This document shows, piece by piece, positions 52,641 to 64,000 of a stretch of 64,000 nucleotides of DNA (position 1 is its first letter; each line of letters starts with the position of its first letter). The notes under the pieces were generated by a model. That model did no database searches. It saw only the letters and a list, made by a program, of their open reading frames with translations, and was not told the origin of the DNA. Position numbers and translations under genes: made by a program. The DNA is from Eledone cirrhosa (Eukaryota). The stretch lies in the NCBI GenBank assembly GCA_964016885.1, contig OZ024763.1:1736001-1800000 (forward strand), read 5' to 3'.

Positions 52641-53437
52641 TCTTCTTCTTCTTCTTCGCCCACTTATTCCTGACAGGCTCTTGGGGGCAGAGTCCTCAAA
52701 CACTCCTTCCAGCGGGTCCTGTCAGAAGCAACCATCTCCAATTGATCAAGCTCATGGATGTTATCCACCCATCTTGCTCGGGGTCTACCCTTGGGTCTCC
52801 TGCCAGTTGATTTTTGCCTGTAAAATCTGTCCAGGGATTCTTTCCTGAGACATTCTAACCACATGTCCATAGTATCAGAGCTGTGATCTCTCAATTCAGA
52901 GAAGTACTGACTCTAACTGGAGTGACTCTCTCATCTCTGAGCTATAAATCTGTCCAGGGATTCTTTCCTGAGACATTCTAACCACATGTCCATAGTATCA
53001 GAGCTGTGATCTCTCAATTCAGAGAAGTACTGACTCTAACTGGAGTGACTCTCTCATCTCTGAGCTATAAATCTGTCCAGGGATTCTTTCCTGAGGCATT
53101 CTAACCACATGTCCATAGTATCAGAGCTGTGATCTCTCAATTCAGAGAAGTACTGACTCTAACTGGAGTGACTCTCTCATCTCTGAGCTATAAATCTGTC
53201 CAGGGATTCTTTCCTGAGGCATTCTAACCACATGTCCATAGTATCAGAGCTGTGATCTCTCAATTCAGAGAAGTACTGACTCTAACTGGAGTGACTTTCT
53301 CATCTCCGAGCTACAAATCTGTCCAGTGATTCTTTCCTGAGACATTCTAACCACATGTCCATAGTATCGGAGCTGTGATCTCTCAATTCAAAGAAGTAGC
53401 AGCTTTACTTGGAGTGACTCTCTGATCTCCGAGCTAT
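52641..53437 (-). mobile_element. Second copy of that LINE fragment with a 5 x 123-bp tandem array (52823-53437)
   Basis: Same unit and downstream TGRRPKGRPRARWVD; (GAA)n tail. Confidence 0.82.
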
Positions 53438-53589
53438 GCACTTTATCATTTTTATGTCACCTTTCCTTACTGGCATAGGCTGGACATGTTGTCACAGTCC
53501 AAATCTGACTCAGAGCAACAAGTCTTGCTCAATATGTTCTATATTTGGCATGGTCTCTATGGCTGGATTCACTTCCCTACAACTACCAC

Positions 53590-54355
53590 CTTACTGAGTG
53601 TGCTGGGTGCATTTTATTGTAGTACCAGCACTAACATTTTACAGGGTGTACTGGGTGCATTTTATCGTAGTACCAACACTAACACTTTACAGGGTGTACT
53701 GGGTACATTTTATTGTGGTGTCAACACTTTACAGGGTGTACTGGGTACATTTTATTGTGGTGTCAACACTTTACAGGGTGCACTGGGTATATTTTATTGA
53801 GGTACCAACACTTTACAGAGTGTACTGGGTACATTTTATTGTGGTGTCAACACTTTACAGAGTGTACTGGGTATAGTTTGAGGTATCAACACTTTACAGA
53901 GTGTACTGGGTACATTTTATTGTGGTGTCAACATTTTACAGAGTGTACTGGGTATAGTTTATTGAGGTACCAACACTTTACAGAGTGTACTGGGTACATT
54001 TTATTGTGGTGTCAACACTTTACAGAGTGTACTGGGTATAGTTTGAGGTATCAACACTTTACAGAGTGTACTGGGTACATTTTATTGTGGTGTCAACATT
54101 TTACAGGGTGCACTGGGTATAGTTTATTGAGGTACCAACACTTTACAAAGTGTACTGGGTACATTTTATTGTGGTGTCAACACTTTACAGGGTGCACTGG
54201 GTATAGTTTATTGAGGTATCAACACTTTACAGAGTGTACTGGGTACATTTTATTGTGGTGTCAACATTTTACAGACTGTACTGGGTATAGTTTGAGGTAC
54301 CAACACTTTACAGAGTGTACTGGGTACATTTTATTGTGGTGCCAACACTTTACAA
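53590..54355. repeat. 39-42-bp minisatellite with alternating variants
   Basis: ttacagagtgtactgggtacattttattgtggtgtcaacact units. Confidence 0.9.
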
Positions 54356-55357
54356 TCACGATGACACTACTGTAATGATAAACAGAATGACAATGACTCC
54401 AACAACTGAGATTTATGTTATATCTGTTATATAACGAAATGTTTGTGAGAATTGGGCAACCAATATAACTATTGTTAAGATTTATTTCCTGGTCGTTTTG
54501 GAAGCCTCAACAATGCAGATGGGTAAATCTCCGGGTAACAGGATCCGGTGGTGAAGAGAAAGATGTAAGAGGAAATGTAGAATGAGATGTATAGCGTGTA
54601 GAGGAACGTTGGAAAGAGTGTAAAAAATAAAAATAATAGTTTCTACTTTTTGGCACAAGGCCAGCAATTACCCAGTACATTACTGGTACTTTATTTTATC
54701 GACCCCATAAGGATGAAAAGCAAAGTGAACCTCGGCGGGATTTGAACTCAGACCGTAAAGGGACGTAACTCTATGCTGGAAAGCATGGCATCCGACTCTC
54801 TACCGATACTGCCAGTCCACCGGTTAAAAACTAAAAATAATAACATGAGATAGAGTTACCTTGGGAGAGATTTAATTGTCCCTATATTTCGGATTTGCAT
54901 CCATCAACTGGAGGGTTTTCCGGGGGAAGAGGGAGGGAGTTATCTGTTGGAGAGGAACAGTAGGTGTCCTCTGCTGTCCGCTGTTTGTTTTGATTTTATC
55001 AACACTCAAACCACAAGTAGGTTTTAATGAAATTTGAATCCAGGATCATATATTTGCCATATATATTGTTTCCTCCCAGGAAATCATGACACATTTTATT
55101 TTATTTTATTTTATTTTATTTTATTTTATTTTATTTTATTTTATTTTATTTTATTTTATTTTATTTTATTTTATTGTTTTTATTTTATTTATTGTTTTTA
55201 CTTGTAATTCCATATAACCATTTGATGGTTTTGTTTCAACCTTCCAGAGAACATTAAATTGTTTTAATTACATCAATGTTAATTAAGATTATAGATATAT
55301 GTATGTATATATGTAAACATACACATATATATATATGTATATATATGTGTGTCTGTG

Positions 55358-55390
<33 letters not shown>

Positions 55391-55596
55391 GTATGTATGT
55401 ATGTATGTATATATGTATGTATGTATATGTATGTATATATATGTATGTATGTATATGTATGTATATATATGTATGTATATGTATAAATGTATGTATATGT
55501 ATATATATATATATGTATATATATATACATACATACATATATACATATACATACATACATATATATATATATGTAAACATATATATATATATGTAA

Positions 55597-55648
<52 letters not shown>

Positions 55649-55696
55649 ATGTAAACACATATATATATATATATATCTATATGTATAAACACACAC

Positions 55697-55750
<54 letters not shown>

Positions 55751-55780
55751 GTAAACACATATATATATATATATATGTAA

Positions 55781-55811
<31 letters not shown>

Positions 55812-55812
55812 A

Positions 55813-55884
<72 letters not shown>

Positions 55885-56109
55885 GTTGGTGTTTCTTCTG
55901 GTGATTCAGTTGTTGTTGGTACAGACGTTGATGTAGTTGATGTTGTAGTTGATGTTTGAGGTCATGACAAATCTAAAAAGAATAATTATTCATTGGAGTT
56001 AATTAGTCGGTGATAATAATCTTAACGAGACCCTTTCTTAACGGTAACGATCTGAGACGTTGCTGTTGTCTTGGTTTTCACAATACACTAGTGTCTTATA
56101 TATCTACAA

Positions 56110-57680
56110 CACAACCTATACTGCACCTTTGTTGCACTACCACACCTACACCACACCTACACTACACCTATACCACACCTTTGTTACACTACCACACCTA
56201 CACGACACCTACACAACACCTATACCACATCTATACCGCACCTTTGTTACACTACCACACCTACACGACACCTATTCCACACCTATACCTATACCACACC
56301 TTTGTTACACTACCACACCTACACTACACCTATACCTATACCACACCTTTGTTACACTACCACACCTACACGACACCTACACAACACCTATACCTATACC
56401 ACACCTTTGTTACACTACCACACCTACACTACACCTATACCTATACCACACCTTTGTTACACTACCACACCTACACGACACCTACACAACACCTATACCT
56501 ATACCACACCTTTATTACACTACAACACCTACACTACACTATACCTATACCACACCTTTATTACACTACAACACCTACACTACACTATACCTATACCACA
56601 CCTTTATTACACTACAACACCTACACTACACCTATACCACACCTTTATTACACTACAACACCTACACTACACCTATACCTATACCACACCTTTGTTACAC
56701 TACCACACCTACACGACACCTACACAACACCTATACCTATACCACACCTTTGTTACACTACAACACCTACACTACACCTATACCGCACCTTTATTACACT
56801 ACAACACCTACACTACACCTATACCTATACCACACCTTTATTACACTACAACACCTACACTACACCTATACCTATACCACACCTTTATTACACTACAACA
56901 CCTACACTACACCTATACCTATACCACACCTACACAACACCTATACTACACCTACACAACACCTATACCGCACCTTTATTACACTACAACACCTACACTA
57001 CACCTATACCTACACCACACCTTTGTTACACTACAACACCTACACTACACCTATACCTATACCACACCTTTATTACACTACAACACCTACACTACACCTA
57101 TACCTATACCACACCTTTGTTACACTACAACACCTACACTACACCTATACCTATACCACACCTTTGTTACACTACAACACCTACACTACACCTATACCTA
57201 TACCACACCTTTATTACACTACAACACCTACACTACACCTATACCTATACCACACCTTTGTTACACTACAACACCTACACTACACCTATACCTATACCGC
57301 ACCTTTGTCATACTACCACACCTACACGACACCTACACCACACCTATACCTATACCGCACCTTTGTTACACTACCACACCTACACAACACCTATACCACA
57401 CCTACACAACGCCTATACCGCACCTTTGTTACACTACCACACCTACACAACACCTATACCATACCTTTGTCACACTACCACATGTACACCAGACCATACC
57501 ACATCTACAACATAACTTATACTGCACCTTTGTCACACTACCACATCTACACAACACCTATGCCACGTCTACAACACATCTGTACCTACATGACACTTGA
57601 ACAACACAGCTACATCACACTTGAATAACACAGCTACATCAGTTACACCACCAGAACACTATACCTATACCACACCTTCA
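56110..57680. repeat. Complex TACAC/CACAC-based satellite
   Basis: Recurring cctataccacacctttgttacactac modules; all three + frames open because the repeat lacks stops. Confidence 0.9.
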
Positions 57681-57705
57681 TGAAACCTATACTGCTACTC
57701 CACAG

Positions 57706-59160
57706 TAGTTCATTTATGCTTTGCCGTTCACGTATATTACTATTGCACATCCAACGGAGCATGCATGCTTTGATCCTTTCCAGTCTGTGCAGGTCCTCTG
57801 CACGTAATGCCCATGTCTCACTGCCATATAACATTGCTGTTCGTATACAAGCATCATACAATCTGCCTTTCATTTTTAGAGAGAAACCTTTTGTGGCTAA
57901 CAGCGGTATAAGCTCTCTGAACTTTTTCCATCCCATTTTGACTCTGGCTACTGTACTTTCAGAGCACCCTCCACCACTGCTGATTTCGTCACCCAGGTAA
58001 CGGAAAGTATCCACTATTTTTATAGAACCATCTGGGCAATAGAAGGAGCTAGTATCCTGAGGGCACTTGCTACTTATTGCGCCTGAGCATTGGCCACTTA
58101 TAAAGTCTACGTTCTTAGATAGTTTACCTGTGATTCCACTACATCTTTTATGTACCCATAATTTGCATTTGGGACATAAAATGAAATTTCTGCCTACTTT
58201 TTCCTACACACTGAGCACGGCCATTTCCCTGAGGGCACCTGTGCCCTATTTTCCTTTCTACAAACTAGAACTTTAGTCTTAGACAAGTTAACTTTAAGGC
58301 CTTTGATTCTAGGCCATGCTTCCATGTTTGGAGTTTCTTCTCTAGTTCAGCCATAGATTCCGCTATGAGAGTTAGATCATCTGCCTAATAGTAGTTCCCA
58401 TGGGCAGCCGGTCTTGAACTCCTCTGTTATAGCCTGAAGGGCAATAATAAATAGGAGGGGGCTAAGGAGAGAGCCTTGATGAACACCAACTTTGATTGCC
58501 TTACTTATTATACTACCTTTAACTTGCACCCCTGGTCCTTCTATTGGAACGATTTGGGGTAGACTATCTTTTTCCCATTTATTCTTTTCATTTAATAGTC
58601 TCTCGTAGTGACACTTCCAGGCTATCTTCTTATCAGTATCACACTTCTCCCCGACAATATGGTTTTCCTTGACACATTGTCTAGCAATCCTGAACACCTC
58701 ACGTTTTTGGTCCTCACGTTGTAGAACATGCTTGAACTTTCTATCCTCTGCTTCCCTGTTTGCAAAGTACACTTGTCTCCTAGCTTCTCTCCTGGCCACT
58801 TGATAGTGCTCTCTACTTCCCCCATTCTGCCATACTTCCCAAGCCTGCTTTTTGGCCTTGATTGTCTCCTCCACCTTACTGTTCCACCACCAAGTTACTC
58901 TCCTCCTGCCAATAGGTCTGCTCCAGCCACAGATTTCATCTGTTGCTTTCAGTAGGTTCACTTTCAAGAATTGCCACTGTTCCTCTATATTGCACGTCTC
59001 TAATTGCTCTTCCTTATTGTCAAAGGCATCAAGTAATAAGCTTTTAAATTTGTTACTGGCTATGGGGTCCTTCAACTTCCATATTCTTCTCCTCAAGGTA
59101 GGCCTCCTCTGTCGTCGAGCACATCTATTCCTGACTATGAGGTCACTAACTACTAGGCTA
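57706..59160 (-). pseudogene. Degenerate, internally deleted copy of the same RTE family (endonuclease end, linker, partial RT)
   Basis: ORFs 58377-59096 and 57643-58014 closely match the 1130-3169 protein; frameshifts, and the RT core is missing. Confidence 0.9.
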
Positions 59161-59749
59161 TCAAAATTAATATCAAAATCTCATAGATTTGATATTATGT
59201 ATGTCTGTAACTTTGTGCCTGCTTGTACATCTGTAACATTTTGCGCACACGTATGTCTGGTACTGTGAGTTCACTAGTACAACGAAAACCATGTCCATAT
59301 ACTTAGATTGTAAGATATTAGAGCGAGCTGCAGTTACTGTATGTGGTTCTGAAGTGAAGATCTTTTGATTTTTTTTTTGGGGGGGGGGGAGGGGAGGGCG
59401 GGGGGGTAACCTGTAACCCAGTACAACCCATTATATGTTTGGGTTGTCAGTGACTAAACCGGCAACCCCACCAAGCTTGCTTGGTGCGGAAAAGGATTTT
59501 TGGACACCCAATTTACCACTTAACATGTCAGGTCGCTCTTCAGCGCTACTGGTAAGATGTAACCCAGTACAACCTGTTGCATTGTCAGGTCATCGGCAAC
59601 TAAACCAATAACCCCCATGAGGCTTGCTTGATGAGGGGGGGGGGGCTGATTTGGGGGCACTCTGCGAGATGAAAAACAAAAACTCTTCAAATGGCAGAGG
59701 AACTCAGAAGAGTCAAAGGTCATCCCATAGTATGTACATATATACATAC

Positions 59750-59852
<103 letters not shown>

Positions 59853-59958
59853 ATTTTTCCCACATCTTACGTTAACTATTTTCCCATTTTGACGCGATAG
59901 TCACTTATATATTATGGAATACTGTTGGCTTCTTGCTACAATACTTTCTATACCTTTC

Positions 59959-60003
<45 letters not shown>

Positions 60004-60244
60004 GTGTTATGGGTGTGAGTGTGTGTGTCCTTTTTATAACTTTAAAAATTTTAGTTATAACTTTTTAAACATAACTTTAGCCCTTTACCATTTACATTAC
60101 TCTATATATACTATTGTATTTTCACAGTAAAGGCTTTACCTCACATAATACCTCACATAACATTTACATTACTCTATATATACTATTGTATTTTCACAGT
60201 AAAGGCTTTATCTCACATAATACCTCACATAACATTTACATTAC

Positions 60245-60897
60245 TCATTAAGACCTTTGTTAGCTGTTCTCCAGCCATCTATTTAAAACTGTATACAGCT
60301 ATGGTACGACCACACTTGGAATTTGCATCATCAGTCTGGAACCCCTATCTTGCTCAGAACATTGACCTCCTGGAAACTGGTCAGAGACGTGCAACCAAGC
60401 ACATACCCTCCATCAGACACCTACCATACTCTGAACGCCTTGCTTCCCTGGGCATGGATTCATTGAAGCTCCGACGTCTGTCAATGGACTTGGTAAACAC
60501 CCACAAAGTTATTAAACATCTCGCCAACAACAACCCTGAGCACCTTTTTGATCTCCATGTGTCTAACACACGTGGACATGCCTACAAAATCAGAAAACAG
60601 CACAGCTCCCATGACTTTCGTAAACATTTTTTCATGCTCAGAGTTGCTGAAGCATGGAACAAACTGCCTGCGTCAGTTGTTAGCTGCCGAGACACTGCAT
60701 TCTTTAAGACACTCATGCTTCCCGAAATACGCCAAAACTACACCTGATGTACCCCTTCCATACACATGCACACGTGTGTATATCATGACTCATGCACTGT
60801 TCATTTTCCTAATGTTTGTACATTACCCTATGTACTATACATACACTTTTGATGAGTTGTAGTGCACCTGAGCACTGTACACAATATTTCATTATTA
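60245..60897 (+). mobile_element. CR1-clade LINE 3' fragment with UTR
   Basis: LYTAMVRPHLEFASSVWNPY...QRRATK...YSERL...TRGH..K...FF..RV..AWNKLP. The same 3' end gagttgtagtgcacctgagcac also occurs near 5015 and 7037. Confidence 0.88.
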
Positions 60898-62284
60898 TAT
60901 ACTATATATACTATTATATACACTGTACACAATATTTCATTATTATATACTATATATACTATTGTATTTTTGTGGTAAAGACTTTACCTTACTTGGAAAA
61001 CCTTAACTTATATGACACTTAAACCTTACCTACATCATACTTAAATTTATACCATACCATCAACTACACCACACCTCACCACACCACACTACACCTCCAC
61101 CATACCTATACCACGCCACGCCACACTACTCTACACACCACACGATTCTACAGCTACACCACGCCACACAACTCTACTGCTATACCACACCACACCTACA
61201 CTACATCACACCACACCTACACTACACCACACCAAAATATAAAAATGCATTACATTTCCGATTGTTTGTGTTATATAGATTTATTTGAACAAGTACATAG
61301 GAAAAATAACATCAATACTATAAGTTGTATAGTTTCAATATCACTTTAAAAAATGTTCTCGTTTGTTTTTAGTGCAAATATAGTACAAGGGAGAAAACTG
61401 AATGGTGTCTTAGTGTTAGTATAACAAGGGAGAGCACTGCTGATGTCTTAGCGTTAGTATAACAAGAGAGATAACTAGTGAATATTTCTCTTAAATCGAC
61501 CAAAATTCTGCTGATATTTTATTTTATCGTCTCTGGAAGGGTTAAAATTAGAGTTAGGTGCATCTGGCAGGATTTGAAATAAAGAACGTGAAGAACAATC
61601 GGAAAAAGTACTGTAAATAATTTGGTCCGATTCTCTAACGATTCAAAATATTACTATTATTTCCCATATTGTTAACATAAGTTAATGCCCCAAGGACAGA
61701 CACTGGTCGCTTGGAGACGCAGGACATGGCAGCGATGAGGAGGGACAGAGACCACTGGAGAGAGCTCGTTCATGGATGTCGAGAATTTTACCCGCCCTAG
61801 ATATATATAGATAGATAGATAGATTGTTCAAATCTGAAATACCTGAATTTATCTAATAATTATTTTTTCGAGACGTTTGGTGGAGTTTTTGTCATTGCTG
61901 GCGCCTCACTTTACCTGATGTGTCAGGTGATGCCGGTGAGGGTGCCTGGTTGTTTCAGCACCTTAGCCTCATCATCACCCATGGTAATGTTGCGAGCATA
62001 TTGGCTTGCCCCTAAATATTCCGCTAACCCTTGTAATGTGGTGTGTGGCCGATTGTCGCATTTGGTAGTGAATTGATGGTAGTTTTTGTTTTTACTTTTG
62101 CTTTTGCTTCCCCCTTTTTCTTTTTTTTTCTTCTATTTAATCTTATATATTTAAGTATTCTATATATTATTTGTGTCTATTTTCATTCTGTAAGAATTAT
62201 AAATAATTTTTAATTTTATTTATACAATTGTGATTAGACTTAGTTTGTCATCTTTACGGAATCGATAAAATAAAGTACTAGTAA

Positions 62285-63919
62285 TCTCCTACCCTTTCTC
62301 CCTCTCGGAGTCTCTACGGGTGTTATCAATGAATATGACCTTCAAACCAGTCGGAAATGACAGACTTTGTAGAAAATGGAAAGAAAAGGGGCGCAAAGAC
62401 CATCGGTGTGTCGCAGATATACACCTCTCGCATTTGGTTAGAAATAATTATTTTTCCTAGTTCTTCGTGTGCTCCGAACATTCTGCGAAGGTCTTTTTTC
62501 CCGGAAAATGGAGGGGACAGGGTGATCCTTTGGATCACTCTATCCTTAATCCTAACTCTAACCATAATCCTAACTCTAATCCTAACTCTAACCATAATCC
62601 TAACTCTAACTCTAAACCTTACTCTAACTCTAATCCTAACTCTAAATCTAATCCTAACTCTAACTCTAATCCTAACCTTAATCTTAACTCTAACTCTAAC
62701 CTTAATCCTAACTCTAACTCTAACCTTAATCCTAACTCTAACCTAAACCTAACACTGACCCTAACCTTGTCCTTAGTCTAACTCTTAACGCTAACCGTAA
62801 CCCTAACCCTAGCCCCTTCATTTTCCGGAGAAAAAAAACCTCTGGGGAAGTTTTGACGTCAGATTAGTTGGCAGGACACGAAAACAACAACAAAAAAACT
62901 ATCTTCCACCGAACGCGAGGGTATGTAGATCTGAGAAACTCTGATGCTCTTTCCACCCTTTCCTCCCTTTTCTACAAAACTAGTCGTTTCTGAGTTGTTT
63001 TGAGATCGTATTTGTTGATAACACGTGAAAATATAATGGTAGAGAAAACTTCGGGGAAGGAGTGATTCGGGGATGCCCCCACCTCCGTTTTCCTGAAAAA
63101 AAAAGTCGATTGCAAACATCTTTGATTTGTCGATAGCACACAAAAAAGAAACGAGGAAAAATAATTCTCATTGGGATCGTAAAAGGTGTTCTTCTAAAAC
63201 ACCAATATTTATATTCCAATTGGTATTTACTAAAACTCTGGTTATATATAGGGCTGTGGGGTGGTCGAATCGTGCTAGAATTCCTTACATTTGTTGCATC
63301 CAATCCGGTATACAGACTTGTCAACTTTACCCGTCAGACGGGGAGATTTGCGATAGCCTTTGGGGTGGGTGAGAGATGTCTTCTCTTGTGAAAATGGGTA
63401 TAGATTTCATTATGTAAAATCTCTCCATTTTTGCCTCATTTCGCCCCCCGTTTTGGGGGCACTTTTTGTCATGGTACTTCCCGTTTGAGTTTTTAGAGGT
63501 TGGCAGGTCTGTGGGTCTGTGGTATACCACGTGTGTCCGCTGGCACATACCCGTGTCGCAGATTGGGCAGTTAGTCAACGTCGCATTAGTTGTTGTCTGT
63601 GGATCGCTTTTTAGATAGGTGTCCAGTATCCACGCAATGAAGGGCCGGCGTGAGCTAATTGTATGTCCAGTCCTTTTTTGCGGATGTCTCAGCAGATAGC
63701 TGTGGCTATGTTTTCGCTGAAGTGTGGTATTTTCATGAAGCAATGCTGCCATTTAATCGGCAGTTTACTCTCTCTGCTTAATAAGGAAGTTTTATTATTG
63801 TTTTTTTTTTTATGCATGCCCCTCCCCCTCTCACATTATGGTCTCACTTCATACCAGACAACACATCCAATACAGTCGTTTTCTCTGTTCTCCCGGGCGA
63901 AGCCGGGTACCTCAGCTAG
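62285..63919 (+). mobile_element. Non-autonomous Helitron-like element (3' end clear, 5' boundary tentative)
   Basis: Hairpin cccgg-gcgaag-ccggg at 63892-63907, 8 nt before CTAG|T; possible A|TC start at 62285; internal TAACYC array. Confidence 0.55.
62545..62812. repeat. Degenerate hexamer array (taactc/taatcc/taaccc)
   Basis: Direct reading. Confidence 0.9.
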
Positions 63920-64000
63920 TATAGTACGAAATTATAAATGTATCAAACAAAAGTAGGGGGCTTAGAAAATATATTTTAACCGAATATTATTGTTGTTTTA

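Noticed and set aside
56010-57628. 430-520 aa Thr/His/Tyr-rich mucin-like ORFs
   Set aside because: Satellite lacking stop codons in all three frames; no splice or homology support.
61940-61980. - strand GGGUG-AUGAUGA-GGC..GCU-GAAAC..CACCC hammerhead-like pattern
   Set aside because: C3 is missing and there is no UH triplet; too degenerate to call.

Overview
AT-rich, repeat-dense animal genomic DNA, very likely a coleoid cephalopod (Octopus-like, inferred from the SINE/RTE repertoire and the (TA)n/(CAT)n load). One host gene is supported: eight phase-compatible GT-AG exons on the - strand (26803 to 9501) encoding the N-terminal part of a VWA3B-like protein. I found no further exon, so the gene probably continues beyond position 1. 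The rest is mostly RTE and CR1 LINE pieces, two tRNA-derived SINE families, TTAA-flanked piggyBac-type MITEs, a Helitron 3' end, and many minisatellites grown out of TE fragments. Most long ORFs in the track are repeat artefacts. The most striking unexplained signal is a dispersed set of short non-coding modules that sit in or beside (TA)n tracts, are usually arranged as long palindromes or inverted repeats, and carry minimal type I hammerhead ribozyme motifs (stem I - CUGANGA - stem II - GAAA - palindromic stem III - UH - stem I). I count about 6 good motifs and several degenerate ones, from several unrelated sequence families. They resemble Penelope-like pLTR or retrozyme modules, but no Penelope coding sequence was seen in the window. 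All protein-family assignments are from recalled motifs, not database searches.
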